A stretch of 64,000 nt of DNA from Octopus sinensis (lineage: Eukaryota), in NCBI RefSeq assembly GCF_006345805.1, contig NC_043013.1, positions 248,001-312,000 on the forward strand, written 5' to 3'. Shown in pieces: positions 1-9,939 of this stretch (position 1 is its first letter; each line of letters begins with the position of its first letter). The notes under the pieces were generated by a model. It worked only from the letters and a program-made list of their open reading frames with translations, was not told the origin of the DNA and did not search any database. The translations under genes and the position numbers were made by a program.

Positions 1-174
1 AAAATTACCTGAGGTATTAGGATCCAATGGGATTAAGAGCATGTGTTGTTTGTTTAATCAGGATGTTGGCAAAACAGGAAGTAGTCTACTTCCTGTTTTG
101 CCAACATCCTTAATTAAACCAAACAACACATGCTCTTAATCCCATTGGATCCTAATACCTCAAGGTAATTTTTT
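1..174. repeat. Long near-perfect inverted repeat (about 85-bp arms, 1-nt loop at 85)
   Basis: 1-84 is the reverse complement of 86-about 172 apart from 3 small indels and 1 mismatch; may extend beyond the window start. Confidence 0.95.
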
Positions 175-331
175 CGTGAACAATCATTAAACTCAAGATA
201 CACAACGAACTCACAATGTATCGGAGTACTTATTTTTTAATTTTTGTACATATTTATTATTATTCTTTTGCAAAAACAATGCAATTTTCTTTTTTCCCCT
301 TTCTAATTTTTAAAAAACTTTTTAACCTAAA

Positions 332-373
332 TATTCTTGACAAGTCACACGATGACGAAAACCGGTTTGAATA
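332..373 (+). ncRNA. Decayed minimal type I hammerhead ribozyme motif (Penelope-like)
   Basis: Stem I tattc/gaata; core ttgacaa (2 changes from CUGANGA); stem II gtca-cacga-tgac; GAAA; palindromic stem III aaccggtt; UUU site. Confidence 0.5.
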
Positions 374-844
374 AATATATATTTATATATTTTCTCAATT
401 TCTCATTTCATTAAAATTTTCTTTCAATTGAGCATTCTGCATTTTTACAATTTTTCTTTGCTTATCATTTCTCCACGTGCGGTCAACACAACCCCGCCAT
501 TTATTGATCTATATATATATATATATGAGAGAGAAAGGGTGGGCAGTAATTCGCTTATAACGAATGTGACGGGGTATAATCAAAAAATGTTCTCTAGCAG
601 AAAACTCGTTATCATTATCATGAGGTCATCAATAACAGAGAAAGACATAAATCTTTGCGCATGCGTTTAAAATATGCAAACAGGAATCAAAATTTATTTA
701 TCTATCAAACATTATAAAGACAAAAGCTTCCAACCAACCGGTTCTTTTTTTTTCATAGAATAAGATTTAGGTTTGATTATTTTGGGTTTTATTTTTGTTT
801 CAAATTCAGGGGTGAGAATGATGTTTGACTAATACGGTGTTGTA

Positions 845-845
845 T

Positions 846-910
<65 letters not shown>
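845..910. repeat. (TA)n microsatellite, one of many TA/CA/ATT/CAT tracts in the window
   Basis: Direct reading; these tracts explain the YIYI/HTHT/VCVC ORFs in the ORF track. Confidence 0.95.
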
Positions 911-914
<4 letters not shown>

Positions 915-1206
915 TGTTCCTTCCCGAGCCATGCCTGGCTCATTAAGGCCGGTTTCCCGGTTTCCTTGGCGTATAGGTTCCCCACCTGGACGGGATGCCG
1001 GTCCGTTGCACGTGAGCTGCAAGATGCAGGAAGAAAGGGTGAGAAATTTGTGGCGAGAGAGTCAGCGGAAGTTCGCCATTACCCTCTGCCGGAGCAGCGT
1101 GGAGCTTAGGTGTTTCGCTCATAAACACACACATTGCCCGGTCTGAGAACCCACGATCCCTCGACTGTGAATCCGCTGCTCTAACTACTAGGCCATGTGC
1201 CTCCAC
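911..1206 (-). mobile_element. tRNA-derived SINE
   Basis: Minus strand starts gtggaggcacatggcctagtagttagagcagcggattcacag (A-box/tRNA-like head), followed by a GC-rich body and a simple-repeat tail. Confidence 0.7.
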
Positions 1207-1223
1207 CGTATATATATAATATT

Positions 1224-1546
1224 CGTGTCATCATGAATGACCATGGGATTGAACCTAGAAAGTTACCCTCCTAGGCACAAGTCCGGGCAAGGTTGTTTAT
1301 GGAAAACCAGCAGTCGCCCTTGCATACCAGCCTCCCCTTTCTACGCCACTGATGTTATCCAAGGGATGGGCAAAAGGGGCCGATACCGCTTGGCCCCAGT
1401 GATGTCGCAACTCATTTCTACAGCTGAGTGAATTGGAGCAACGTGAAATAAAGTGTCTTGCTCAAGAACACAACACGCAGCCTGGTCCGGGAATCGAACT
1501 CACAACCTCACGATCGTAAGCTCGACGCTCTAACCACTGAGCCATG
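1224..1546 (-). mobile_element. tRNA-derived SINE (second family)
   Basis: Head catggctcagtggttagagcg...gagttcgattccc (A and B boxes), then cttgagcaagacactttatttcac; related copies near 28845 (+) and 31130 (-). Confidence 0.8.
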
Positions 1547-1950
1547 AAATATTATATTATATTATATATTAGTAGCCGAAAGACCGGTTGGTTTTCTGTT
1601 AATCGCTCAAAATTTAAAATTTTTAATTCCCGATTTGTGTAATTTTTCTAGTCTTCCTTTGAATCCTTTCTCCGTCTCATAACTCTCACTCACTCAAGAA
1701 CTTTAGGACATAACTACAGAAACTGTGTTCTGCTGAATTACTTTCCTCATAACTTTCTGAAAAATTGCTGTTTTGAAAAGAAACCTTCTACAAATACGTT
1801 TCAGGTGATGTAGATTGAGATTTTACTAGAATTTGCCGGGAAAAGCATTTGGGGGAGTGGGGGGGGGAATTTATGCAACTCGAGTTTGTTTCTTCATAAC
1901 TTTCAGAAAAATGAGTATTTATTAATGAAATTTTCTACAAATATCTTTCC

Positions 1951-2123
1951 TAGGCGTAGGACTGGCTGTGTGGTAAGTAGCTTGCTTACAAACCACATGG
2001 TTCTGGGTTCAGTCCCACTGCGTGGGACCTTGGGCAAGTGTCTTCTGCTATAGCCTCGGGCCAACCAAAGCCTTGTGAGTGGATTTTGTAGACGGAAACT
2101 GAAAGAAGCTCGTCGTATATATG

Positions 2124-2170
<47 letters not shown>

Positions 2171-2392
2171 CTGTGTCTGTGTGTATGTTTGTGTGTTGTG
2201 TTTGTCCCCCTCCCCCCCCACATCGCTTGACAACCGATGCTGGTGTGTTTACGTCCCCGTAACTTAGCGGTTCGGCAAAAGAGGCCGATAGAATAAGTAC
2301 TAGGCTTACAAAGAATAAGTCCTGGGGGCGATTTCCTCGACTAAAGGCGGTGCTCCAGCATGGTCACAGTCAAATTACTGAAACAAGTAAAT
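1951..2392 (+). mobile_element. tRNA-derived SINE with internal TA/GT microsatellite (third family)
   Basis: Head tggctgtgtggtaag...ggttcagtccc, microsatellite, then 3' domain ending ccagcatggtcacagtcaaattactgaaacaagtaaa; related pieces at 4430, 6862, 7670, 25700, 29110 and 49975. Confidence 0.8.
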
Positions 2393-2732
2393 TAAATGAA
2401 CGATAGTGTAGGCGTGGGGTTATCTGGATGTGTCTTTTCTGTTTATATATATATGTCCTTAAAAAAGTATTTGCCCTTAATCTGACAGCCATCCTTAGGC
2501 AGATTTATAACCCAAGCTTAATGACCTACTGCTATGGGTATGGTTATTGTTAATGTTATTGTCAATTATTTCTAGTGGCATCTACTTAGGTTTGAGAGAA
2601 GTGCGGCCTCAAACGTTCATGGTATGCTTTGGTCCCCTGCAATATTGTGAGGCATATGAACTTATGGATGATATGCATATTGGAAAAGTTTAGATACTTG
2701 GATCTTTCAACATCTGTCATTGCATTTATTGC

Positions 2733-2824
2733 GGAACACTGATGAAGTGAAGTGCAAGATTGTATACTGTTTCTACGATTTTTATATCATTATGATGGCA
2801 TTTTATCGAAACGTGTTTATGTCC
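2733..2824 (+). ncRNA. Possible decayed hammerhead motif with long stem II
   Basis: CTGATGA at 2739-2745; g-tgaagtgc/gcattttatc stem; CGAAACGTGTT at 2807-2817; imperfect stem I ggaaca/tatgtcc. Confidence 0.35.
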
Positions 2825-3024
2825 TACAAAGAATTGAATACATCTGCTCTCTGTTAATTATTTTTGTGTGTATGTGTGTATTCATGTATTTGTGTATGAT
2901 ATATAGATATGCATGTATGTGTGTGTACACACACACATATGTGTATGTATATATATTAGAAAGTTTGGAGATGATGTACAGGTATTTTATATTAGAAGAA
3001 ATGAGGTACTCAGAAATTCGGATG

Positions 3025-3067
<43 letters not shown>

Positions 3068-3109
3068 GCATTATGTGTGTGTGTGTGCATGTGCATATAT
3101 ACGGAGTAA

Positions 3110-3414
3110 TGTGGACTAATCATTTAGTCTGATATGACTATCGATTCTACAAGTTCATTGCCAATTAAATTCTGTGGCAAAGGCAGAAATTTTGTGGAAT
3201 CTTATTATTTTATTAGATCAACCACAATAACTTACCCATTCTGGAAAGAAAATAGCAAAAACTGGCCCCGGCGAGATTTGAACTTAGAGCATAACTGTTT
3301 GCTTTACAGCTGTTCTTCATCTCTCAGGCTTTTAAAAGTTGCTGCTATACAGCAAGCATTTTATAATGAATTTCCTCCACGGCACACACACACACACACA
3401 CACGCATACGCACG

Positions 3415-3448
<34 letters not shown>

Positions 3449-4050
3449 ACAACTACTGATGCTCATTGTTATATAATTTCCATGTGAAACTAATGTAACT
3501 ACTAAACTGTTTGTTACACTGTCCTTGCATTTGTTTGACACTCGAAAAGTAACAGTTTTATGTTACAGATGCTAACATTAGCTCCAACAAAGACTCGCTT
3601 CGCGTATAGTTGTGGCATTTTCACTTTCCATGCCTTTTGCATTTTCCTTCTATTTTTGTCTCGCTCTTTCTCTCGCATTTCTTCTGTAACTTATAAGGAA
3701 AGACACCAGTACACACACACGCATACACACAGACACACACACACACACACACTCACATATAATGTTCACATCATAAGAATTTTATAACCTTCGAGAGAAG
3801 TATGTAAGTATGTGTGGTTGTGTCTATGTATATATATATATGTGGGAGTGGGGGCAGATATATAGCGATTAAAAGAGGAAGGAACCCCATGTAAAAACAA
3901 CTGGAAGTTGCTGGAACCACGTGTGCCTTACCGGAAAGGAAGTACGCTGGGCAACCTTTACTTTGCCGAAAGGAAAACAATTCTAAAATAATTCACACGG
4001 TCCCGGCGTCTTTCTGAACTCAAAACGCGAAATTTTTAGTCGCTGCCCTT
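3110..4050 (-). repeat. Copy A of a diverged ~0.9 kb duplicated unit (putative non-coding spliced transcript)
   Basis: Collinear blocks shared with 5880-6800: 3262-3306 with 6057-6102, 3486-3585 with 6211-6318, ctgtaac 3684 with 6448, tttttagt about 4035 with about 6740; donor-like CCG|gtaagg at 3932/3931. Confidence 0.55.
3486..3585 (-). ncRNA. Conserved structured RNA hairpin, copy A
   Basis: Minus strand: 15-bp lower stem (3 G-U, 1 bulge), bulge AUCUGUAACAUA opposite AGUA, upper stem AAACUGUU/AACAGUUU. Confidence 0.6.
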
Positions 4051-4534
4051 ATGATAGAAAATTTGTTTTGACAATGTAGTTTTCCCCCTTTTCAAACAAG
4101 AGGATGGAAAACATGTATGCAGGCACAGCTGACCCCCACTTCAGCCAAGACTAAACTCACAACATGGGAAACAACATTTTTTTCCTTCCGGGAAAATGTT
4201 TTATCCCACCTCCCCGCCAATTTAAGCCTTAGATCCAACTCAGGATTGGTTCTAGTGATGTAAGTATAGAGCTAAAAGAGAACACAAATGCGGTTTAAGA
4301 TTTACTACAGCTGTTTCGGTAGAATTTTATTGATGCATTCATAGATTACGTCATAACATATAACCCACCAAGTTCATGCAAAATTTTAAACAGGTATCAA
4401 ACAGGTGAGATAATATACTAATTGTAGTATTATGGCTTTCTATTAGTATATCCACGTTTGTGTTAAGAAGTTTCCTTCCAAACCACATGGTTCCGAGTTC
4501 AGTCCCACTGCATGACACCTTGGGCGATCAAAGC

Positions 4535-5322
4535 CTTGTGAAGTCTAGAAAGATCAAAGGGTGGCCCATCAGTTCTGCAACAAAGGTAGACATCGCCCGG
4601 CAACTCTTGAAATGCATACTGCAGTAATACAGCAAAGCAAATGCTGAAAAGGATTGGTACTGAGACACAACCTTGTTTTACTCCGCTGTTGATGTTGAAG
4701 CTATCTGATATTAAACTGTCAAACTGAATGGTGGCCTTCATGTCATCATGGAACGAAACAATGAGCTGCAGTAGTATTGAGCGCGACAAGGTCACCAATG
4801 TTGAAGTGCTGGCGCAGGCGAATCTTCAAAGCATGACAACTATCTTGTGTATGAGAAGGCTGAGGTGGGTGTCAGGAGAATGAATGGCCATTGAATCCCG
4901 AAGCAACTGCTCTATGGAGAACTGGCCCAGGGCAAGAGACCACGAGGAAGACCAAAACTGAGGTATATGGACACTAGCAAAACTAGTTTGTCCAAGTGTG
5001 AGGTGGATGTCAGCAGCTGGGAGGAGAGGGCTGAGGAGAGAACAACATGGAGAACTGTGGTGAAGGAAGGAACTGCTTTGCTGGAGAGCAGCTACAGAAA
5101 CAAACAAGTTGAGAAGCGTCAGCGGCGAAAGGAAAACAAGAGAAATGCAGAGCGCCGAGCGATCGTCTTGGTATGCAAGTACTGTGACAGAAAGTGCGGC
5201 GCTTCAATCATAAGAAGAATCTACGATGAAAGAAGCTGCAAGAAAGGGAGCCCTTGATATGTTCGATTAAGTGACCTCTAAGCTAAATTGACCGTCTGCA
5301 TAGACGAAAAGGGCCAATTATT
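4535..5322 (+). mobile_element. RTE (BovB-like) LINE fragment with inverted 5' segment
   Basis: 4535-about 4778 on - encodes RT motifs (SFHDDM...GVKQGC..PILFS); 4781-5257 on + encodes the RTE C-terminus (RDKVTNVEVL...IPKQLLYGEL..GKRPRGRPKLRY); 3' end gacgaaaagggcca followed by attatt. Confidence 0.85.
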
Positions 5323-6210
5323 ATATATATTGGATCTTGCAGGCATGATGTAGATTCGATCCTAGATAGCCAAATTTAAATTAACACTTCAACAGCACTT
5401 TTCTCACGGTAAAACAATAGTTTTTCCGTGACAGCAGTTTACATTTGCCAGATGCCTTAGCTAAGCAAAATAATGTCTTTGCCACTTGACCCTTCTAACC
5501 TCTTCTATTTCACCAAATACCACCAACGAAATCCATTGCTCTCAACGATGTGTTTATTCTTCTGGATAGTTATAAAAGCAAGAACCCCCAAGCAAAAGTC
5601 AGTTGGTGACAACTCGAGTTAGTGACAACCCGACTTAGAGAGAGCGACCATCAGTTAGTGAACGACCAACTGGTCATGGCCACAATTAGGCAGCTACTAA
5701 AGACAAATGGTCAGAGGGAGAGAGAAGTTTACCAATTAATTTCAACCGTGACAAAAATAAACTTCTACCGTTACATATATATATATATATATATACATAT
5801 GTATGTATAGGCAAAACTAGAAAGAGAAAAGGAGAGGAAAAAAAGAAAATCAGAATAAGAGGAGATCGACAATTATCTGAACATTTTCCCGATTCTTGTA
5901 GATGTAGATTGTTTGATCATTTGGTCAGGGATCATGACCAAGTGCTGCATTGGTCAGGCAGTGGTGTAGCTGGCTAAAATTCAGTCCGACCACTGAAACC
6001 ATTTAAAGAATAACAGAATAAAGAATCGAGGGTGAAAAGGAAAAAAAAAAAAAACCCTGACCCACGACGAGAATTGAACTGTGAATGTTAACATTTGCTT
6101 TAGAATTATTGCATGACTTCAAACAGGTGTCGGATCTTCGGTTGGGACTTTTGGCAAATTTCCTAGACAGGGCACACACACACACACACGCATTCTATCA
6201 CTCACAAGTC

Positions 6211-6318
6211 GAACTAATGCTAACTACATGCTGCCAGTTACACTCTTCTTATCTTCTGTGTGTCTGACAAAAAACCAAAGTACAGACAGCATTATGTTAC
6301 AGATACTAACATTAGCTC
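6211..6318 (-). ncRNA. Conserved structured RNA hairpin, copy B
   Basis: Minus strand: UCGAGCUAAUGUUAG/UUAGCAUUAGUUCGA (15 bp, 3 G-U), bulge AUCUGUAACAUA opposite GUA, upper stem AUGCUGUC/GGCAGCAU. Confidence 0.6.
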
Positions 6319-6378
6319 GAAGCAAGATTTCATGTATTTAACATTTTTTGCCGCTGTCACTTCTCATCTCCCACTTAC

Positions 6379-6454
6379 CTTTTCCGGTTCTCTCTCTCTC
6401 CCTCTCTCTCTCTCCCCCCCTCTCCTCTCTCCCTTCTTTCGCTTCGACTGTAAC
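6379..6454 (-). other. Putative GA-rich non-coding exon
   Basis: Acceptor tttcttttcag| at 6455 (alternative gttacag| 7 nt further) and a perfect donor AAG|gtaagt at 6379/6378; no recognisable protein. Confidence 0.5.
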
Positions 6455-6762
6455 CTGAAAAGAAATATTTGTAACATTAACTAAGAATGTGTCTATATAT
6501 ACATGTGTATGTATATATATGTATATATAGATATAGATATATTTACACGCACACACTGAGCTTCATAGAAATAGCCAAGAGTGTGCGCGTCCGCGTTTTC
6601 TATGGTACGTTCATGCGCGTGCACACACACGTGTATACACCCATATTAGGCAAACGAGATCTGTAGCTGTTGAACACGAGGCCGTTTCTGACGATCACCT
6701 TACTAAGTGCGCGTGTACTCTTCAGGTCTCCGTCAAATATTTTTAGTGACGCGTGTTTCACG

Positions 6763-6770
6763 CTTTTATA
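6763..6770 (-). promoter_or_regulatory. Candidate TATA box in CpG-enriched patch
   Basis: TATAAAAG on -, inside a locally CpG-rich segment (6580-6860) about 70 nt upstream of donor-like gtaagg/gtgatc near 6700. Confidence 0.4.
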
Positions 6771-6861
6771 TTGAGGTGGATTGCGTAGAATCGGGGCGAG
6801 CAGAAGATTCCAGAACATCTCTTCATCTTTTTTTTTTGTTTCACTCCACAGGACGCCGACC

Positions 6862-7032
6862 ATACTGGGGCACAGCCTTGAAGGATCAAATCGCTCCCCA
6901 GCATTTCCTTTTTAATGTCTGACACTTATTCTATCGGTCTTTTACCGAACCGTTAAGTTACGGGGACGTAGACAAACTAACACCGGTTGTCAAACAGCAG
7001 GGAGGGAGGAACGCAAATACACACACAAATAT

Positions 7033-7094
<62 letters not shown>

Positions 7095-7258
7095 GTATAG
7101 GTATATAAGACGGTCTTCCATTCAGTTTCCATTTACCAAATTCACTTAGAAGGCATTGGCCGTCCCAGGACTAACAGCAGAAGATACTGGCCAGAGGTAC
7201 CATGCAGTTGGTCTGAACCTGAAGCCACATCGTCCCAAAGCAAGCTTCTTAACTTCAC
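6862..7258 (-). mobile_element. tRNA-SINE, third family
   Basis: Reverse complement of the 1951-2392 element: 3' domain 6862-7020, microsatellite, head 7105-7258. Confidence 0.7.
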
Positions 7259-7262
7259 AGAC

Positions 7263-7295
<33 letters not shown>

Positions 7296-7583
7296 TGTGT
7301 GTATGTGTTCGCGTTTAATTTATAATAATTACAACATCAATATTCTATGTCCCATAACTTAACAGACTGGCAAATACTAATTGATAAAATGTGGACGAGT
7401 CTAAAGTCAGAACTGAGTTTTTTTATGCTTGAATGAAACCAATAAAACAATAATAAAAATTAAATAGATCTTCCAGTAATAACGTGTGTGTGTGTGTGGT
7501 GTGTGTGTGTGTGTGTGTGTGTGTGCACATGCATACACACTTATATATGTATATATGAATGTATGTGCATACACATACACACT

Positions 7584-7672
<89 letters not shown>

Positions 7673-8032
7673 AGGTATATAAGACGGTCTTCCATTCAGT
7701 TTCCATTTACCAAATTCACTTAGAAGGCATTGGCCGTCCCAGGACTAACAGCAGAAGATACTGGCCAGAGGTACCATGCAGTTGGTCTGAACCTGAAGCC
7801 ACATCGTCCCAAAGCAAGCTTCTTAACTTCACAGACGTGTGTGTGTGTGTGTGTGTGTGTTCGCGTTTAATTTATAATAATTACAACATCAATATTCTAT
7901 GTCCCATAACTTAACAGACTGGCAAATACTAATTGATAAAATGTGGACGAGTCTAAAGTCAGAACTGAGTTTTTTTATGCTTGAATGAAACCAATAAAAC
8001 AATAATAAAAATTAAATAGATCTTCCAGTAAT

Positions 8033-8077
<45 letters not shown>

Positions 8078-8134
8078 ACATGCATACACACTTATATATG
8101 TATATATGAATGTATGTGCATACACATACACACT

Positions 8135-8167
<33 letters not shown>
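7095..8167. repeat. Recent direct tandem duplication (offset 574 bp)
   Basis: 7095-7668 and 7669-8167 read identical in unique sequence and differ only in microsatellite lengths. Confidence 0.9.
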
Positions 8168-8199
8168 GTTGTGTAGCTAAAACTGTGGCCATCCATACA

Positions 8200-8388
8200 C
8201 ATAGACATGTCCTTTACAGCCCATGCTGGAGTCATATAAAGAGCACTTGTGCCAGTACCATGTAAAAAGCACCTGTAAAATGGTTGGAATTAAGAAGGGC
8301 ATCCAGCTGTAGAAACTTTGCCAAAACACACATTTTGAGCCTGGTGCAGCTCTCCAGCCTCGCCAGCTCCTGTCAAACCGTCGATGAT
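8200..8388 (+). mobile_element. RTE 3'-UTR fragment
   Basis: aagaagggcatccagctgtagaaac motif and gatgatg tail shared with the 3' UTR of the RTE at 62829-64000. Confidence 0.6.
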
Positions 8389-8475
8389 GCGTGCTGTTCA
8401 TATTATTTTTGCTTTGTTGAATAAGTGTTTAAATATTCTAATCTTTTATTTTATTCTTCTTCTCTACCAATGTAG

Positions 8476-8614
8476 AACCAATTTACCCAAGGAGGTGATG
8501 GCATTTCCTGACTTCCACTTCTCACAGAATCTGCCCTCTTTTATCACTCACACCAATGTCAAAGATTATCTCATAGATTATGCAAACAATTTTGGCCTCT
8601 ATGCTCACAGCAAG
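8476..8614 (+). CDS. Flavin-containing monooxygenase, first visible coding exon (internal)
   Basis: tgtag|A ACC AAT...; encodes (R)TNLPKEVMAFPDFHFSQNLPSFITHTNVKDYLIDYANNFGLYAHSK; AAG|gtaact; phase 2 to 0. Confidence 0.9.
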
Positions 8615-8962
8615 GTAACTTTTATTTTCTCTTTCTATGAAAATACAAATATCTCCCTCTCTCCCCCTTCCCCCTTTCTGTCATTGTTTAATCTTTTTGA
8701 TACCAACTCACCTGATACCATCCATGGTTCTTTAATACAAATTTCTAGCTTTTAAAGTTGATCTGAATTAAAGCCTTTCACTATAATTTCATTTTCATTT
8801 ATATTCCAAACACCAGCTTAATTATAATAAAGTTATTTTACGAAATTCTTTACCATTTCCAAAATTAATTGAAACCAAATCCAATACTCTCCAACAGAAA
8901 TATTGTAACAAAACGGTTAACTCAAAATTCTTTGATAGATTATTAAATACTTTTTTTTTGTT

Positions 8963-9018
<56 letters not shown>

Positions 9019-9019
9019 G

Positions 9020-9237
9020 AAGGCAGCAAGCTGGCTGAATCATTAGCATGCCAGACAAAATGCTTACCAGCATTTCATCTGCCTTCACATTCTGAGTTCA
9101 AGTACCACCAGGGTTGACTTTGCTTTTCATCCTTTCGGGGTCAGTTAAGTAAGTACCAGTTGAGTACTGGGGTCGATGTAATCAACCATTCAAAATTTTG
9201 GGCCTTGCACCTATAGTACAAAGGATTATCATTATTA

Positions 9238-9272
<35 letters not shown>

Positions 9273-9490
9273 TAAGGTGGCCATCTATTAGAATCGTTTG
9301 CATGCCAGGCAAAAAGCTTAACGGAATTTTGTCTGTCTTCACACTTTCAATTCAAATTCTGCCAAGGTTTACTTAGCCTTTCATCTTTTCAGGGTTGATA
9401 AAATAAGTACCAGTTATGTACTGGGGTCTATGTAATCAACTTACTCCTCCCCAAGAAATTGCTGGCCTTGTGCCAAAATTTGAAATCTTT
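9020..9490 (+). mobile_element. Two tandem copies of a SINE with (ATT)n tails (fourth family)
   Basis: 9020-9230 and 9274-9490 share tttcatcctttcggggtc...aagtaccagtt..tactggggtc..tgtaatcaac. Confidence 0.7.
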
Positions 9491-9939
9491 TTTTTAGTGT
9501 TATATTTACTGTTTAAAAAACAGAATTTCTATGTTTGTGCAGCCATAATGGCCATTATGTTATCAAAGTGAGTCTGGTTCCCAAGAAAAATCTCTTTGTC
9601 ATTACCATGCGAGAATTTCTCTGAATTATCATTGCTCTTCTTTTTCATTGGTTGATCTGGAGTAAGCAGTCAACTCACAGATGGAGAGATAAGATAAATT
9701 TGAGTCAATTTAATACAGCTAATGTTCAATTTGAACTGTTTGATACAATTTATTGACATTCAGAGCTTTCTCAAGAGTATTAACTCTGCAAGTGAAGTCA
9801 ATGTACTCCAAGCAGGGCTTGAACCTACTTCATAGACTCAGTTAATGAGTTTAACTGAGATTTATTTAAAGTTACTGTGGTGCTGGAGTTGGTGTTGATA
9901 GCAGAAGCAGCAGTGGTGGTGGTAGTAATGGCAGCACAT

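Larger units (their letters stand above)
5880..6800 (-). repeat. Copy B of the diverged ~0.9 kb duplicated unit
   Basis: See copy A; B has the cleaner splice signals and a TATA box. Confidence 0.55.

Noticed and set aside
5925-5990. MTKCCIG / GSGVAG on + as the missing FMO first exon
   Set aside because: The two pieces are in different frames, both hit stops, and no GGTW motif follows; the segment belongs to duplicated unit B.
6600-6863. 87-aa minus-strand ORF as a first coding exon
   Set aside because: No recognisable homology; it spans the candidate TATA box and is not preserved in copy A.
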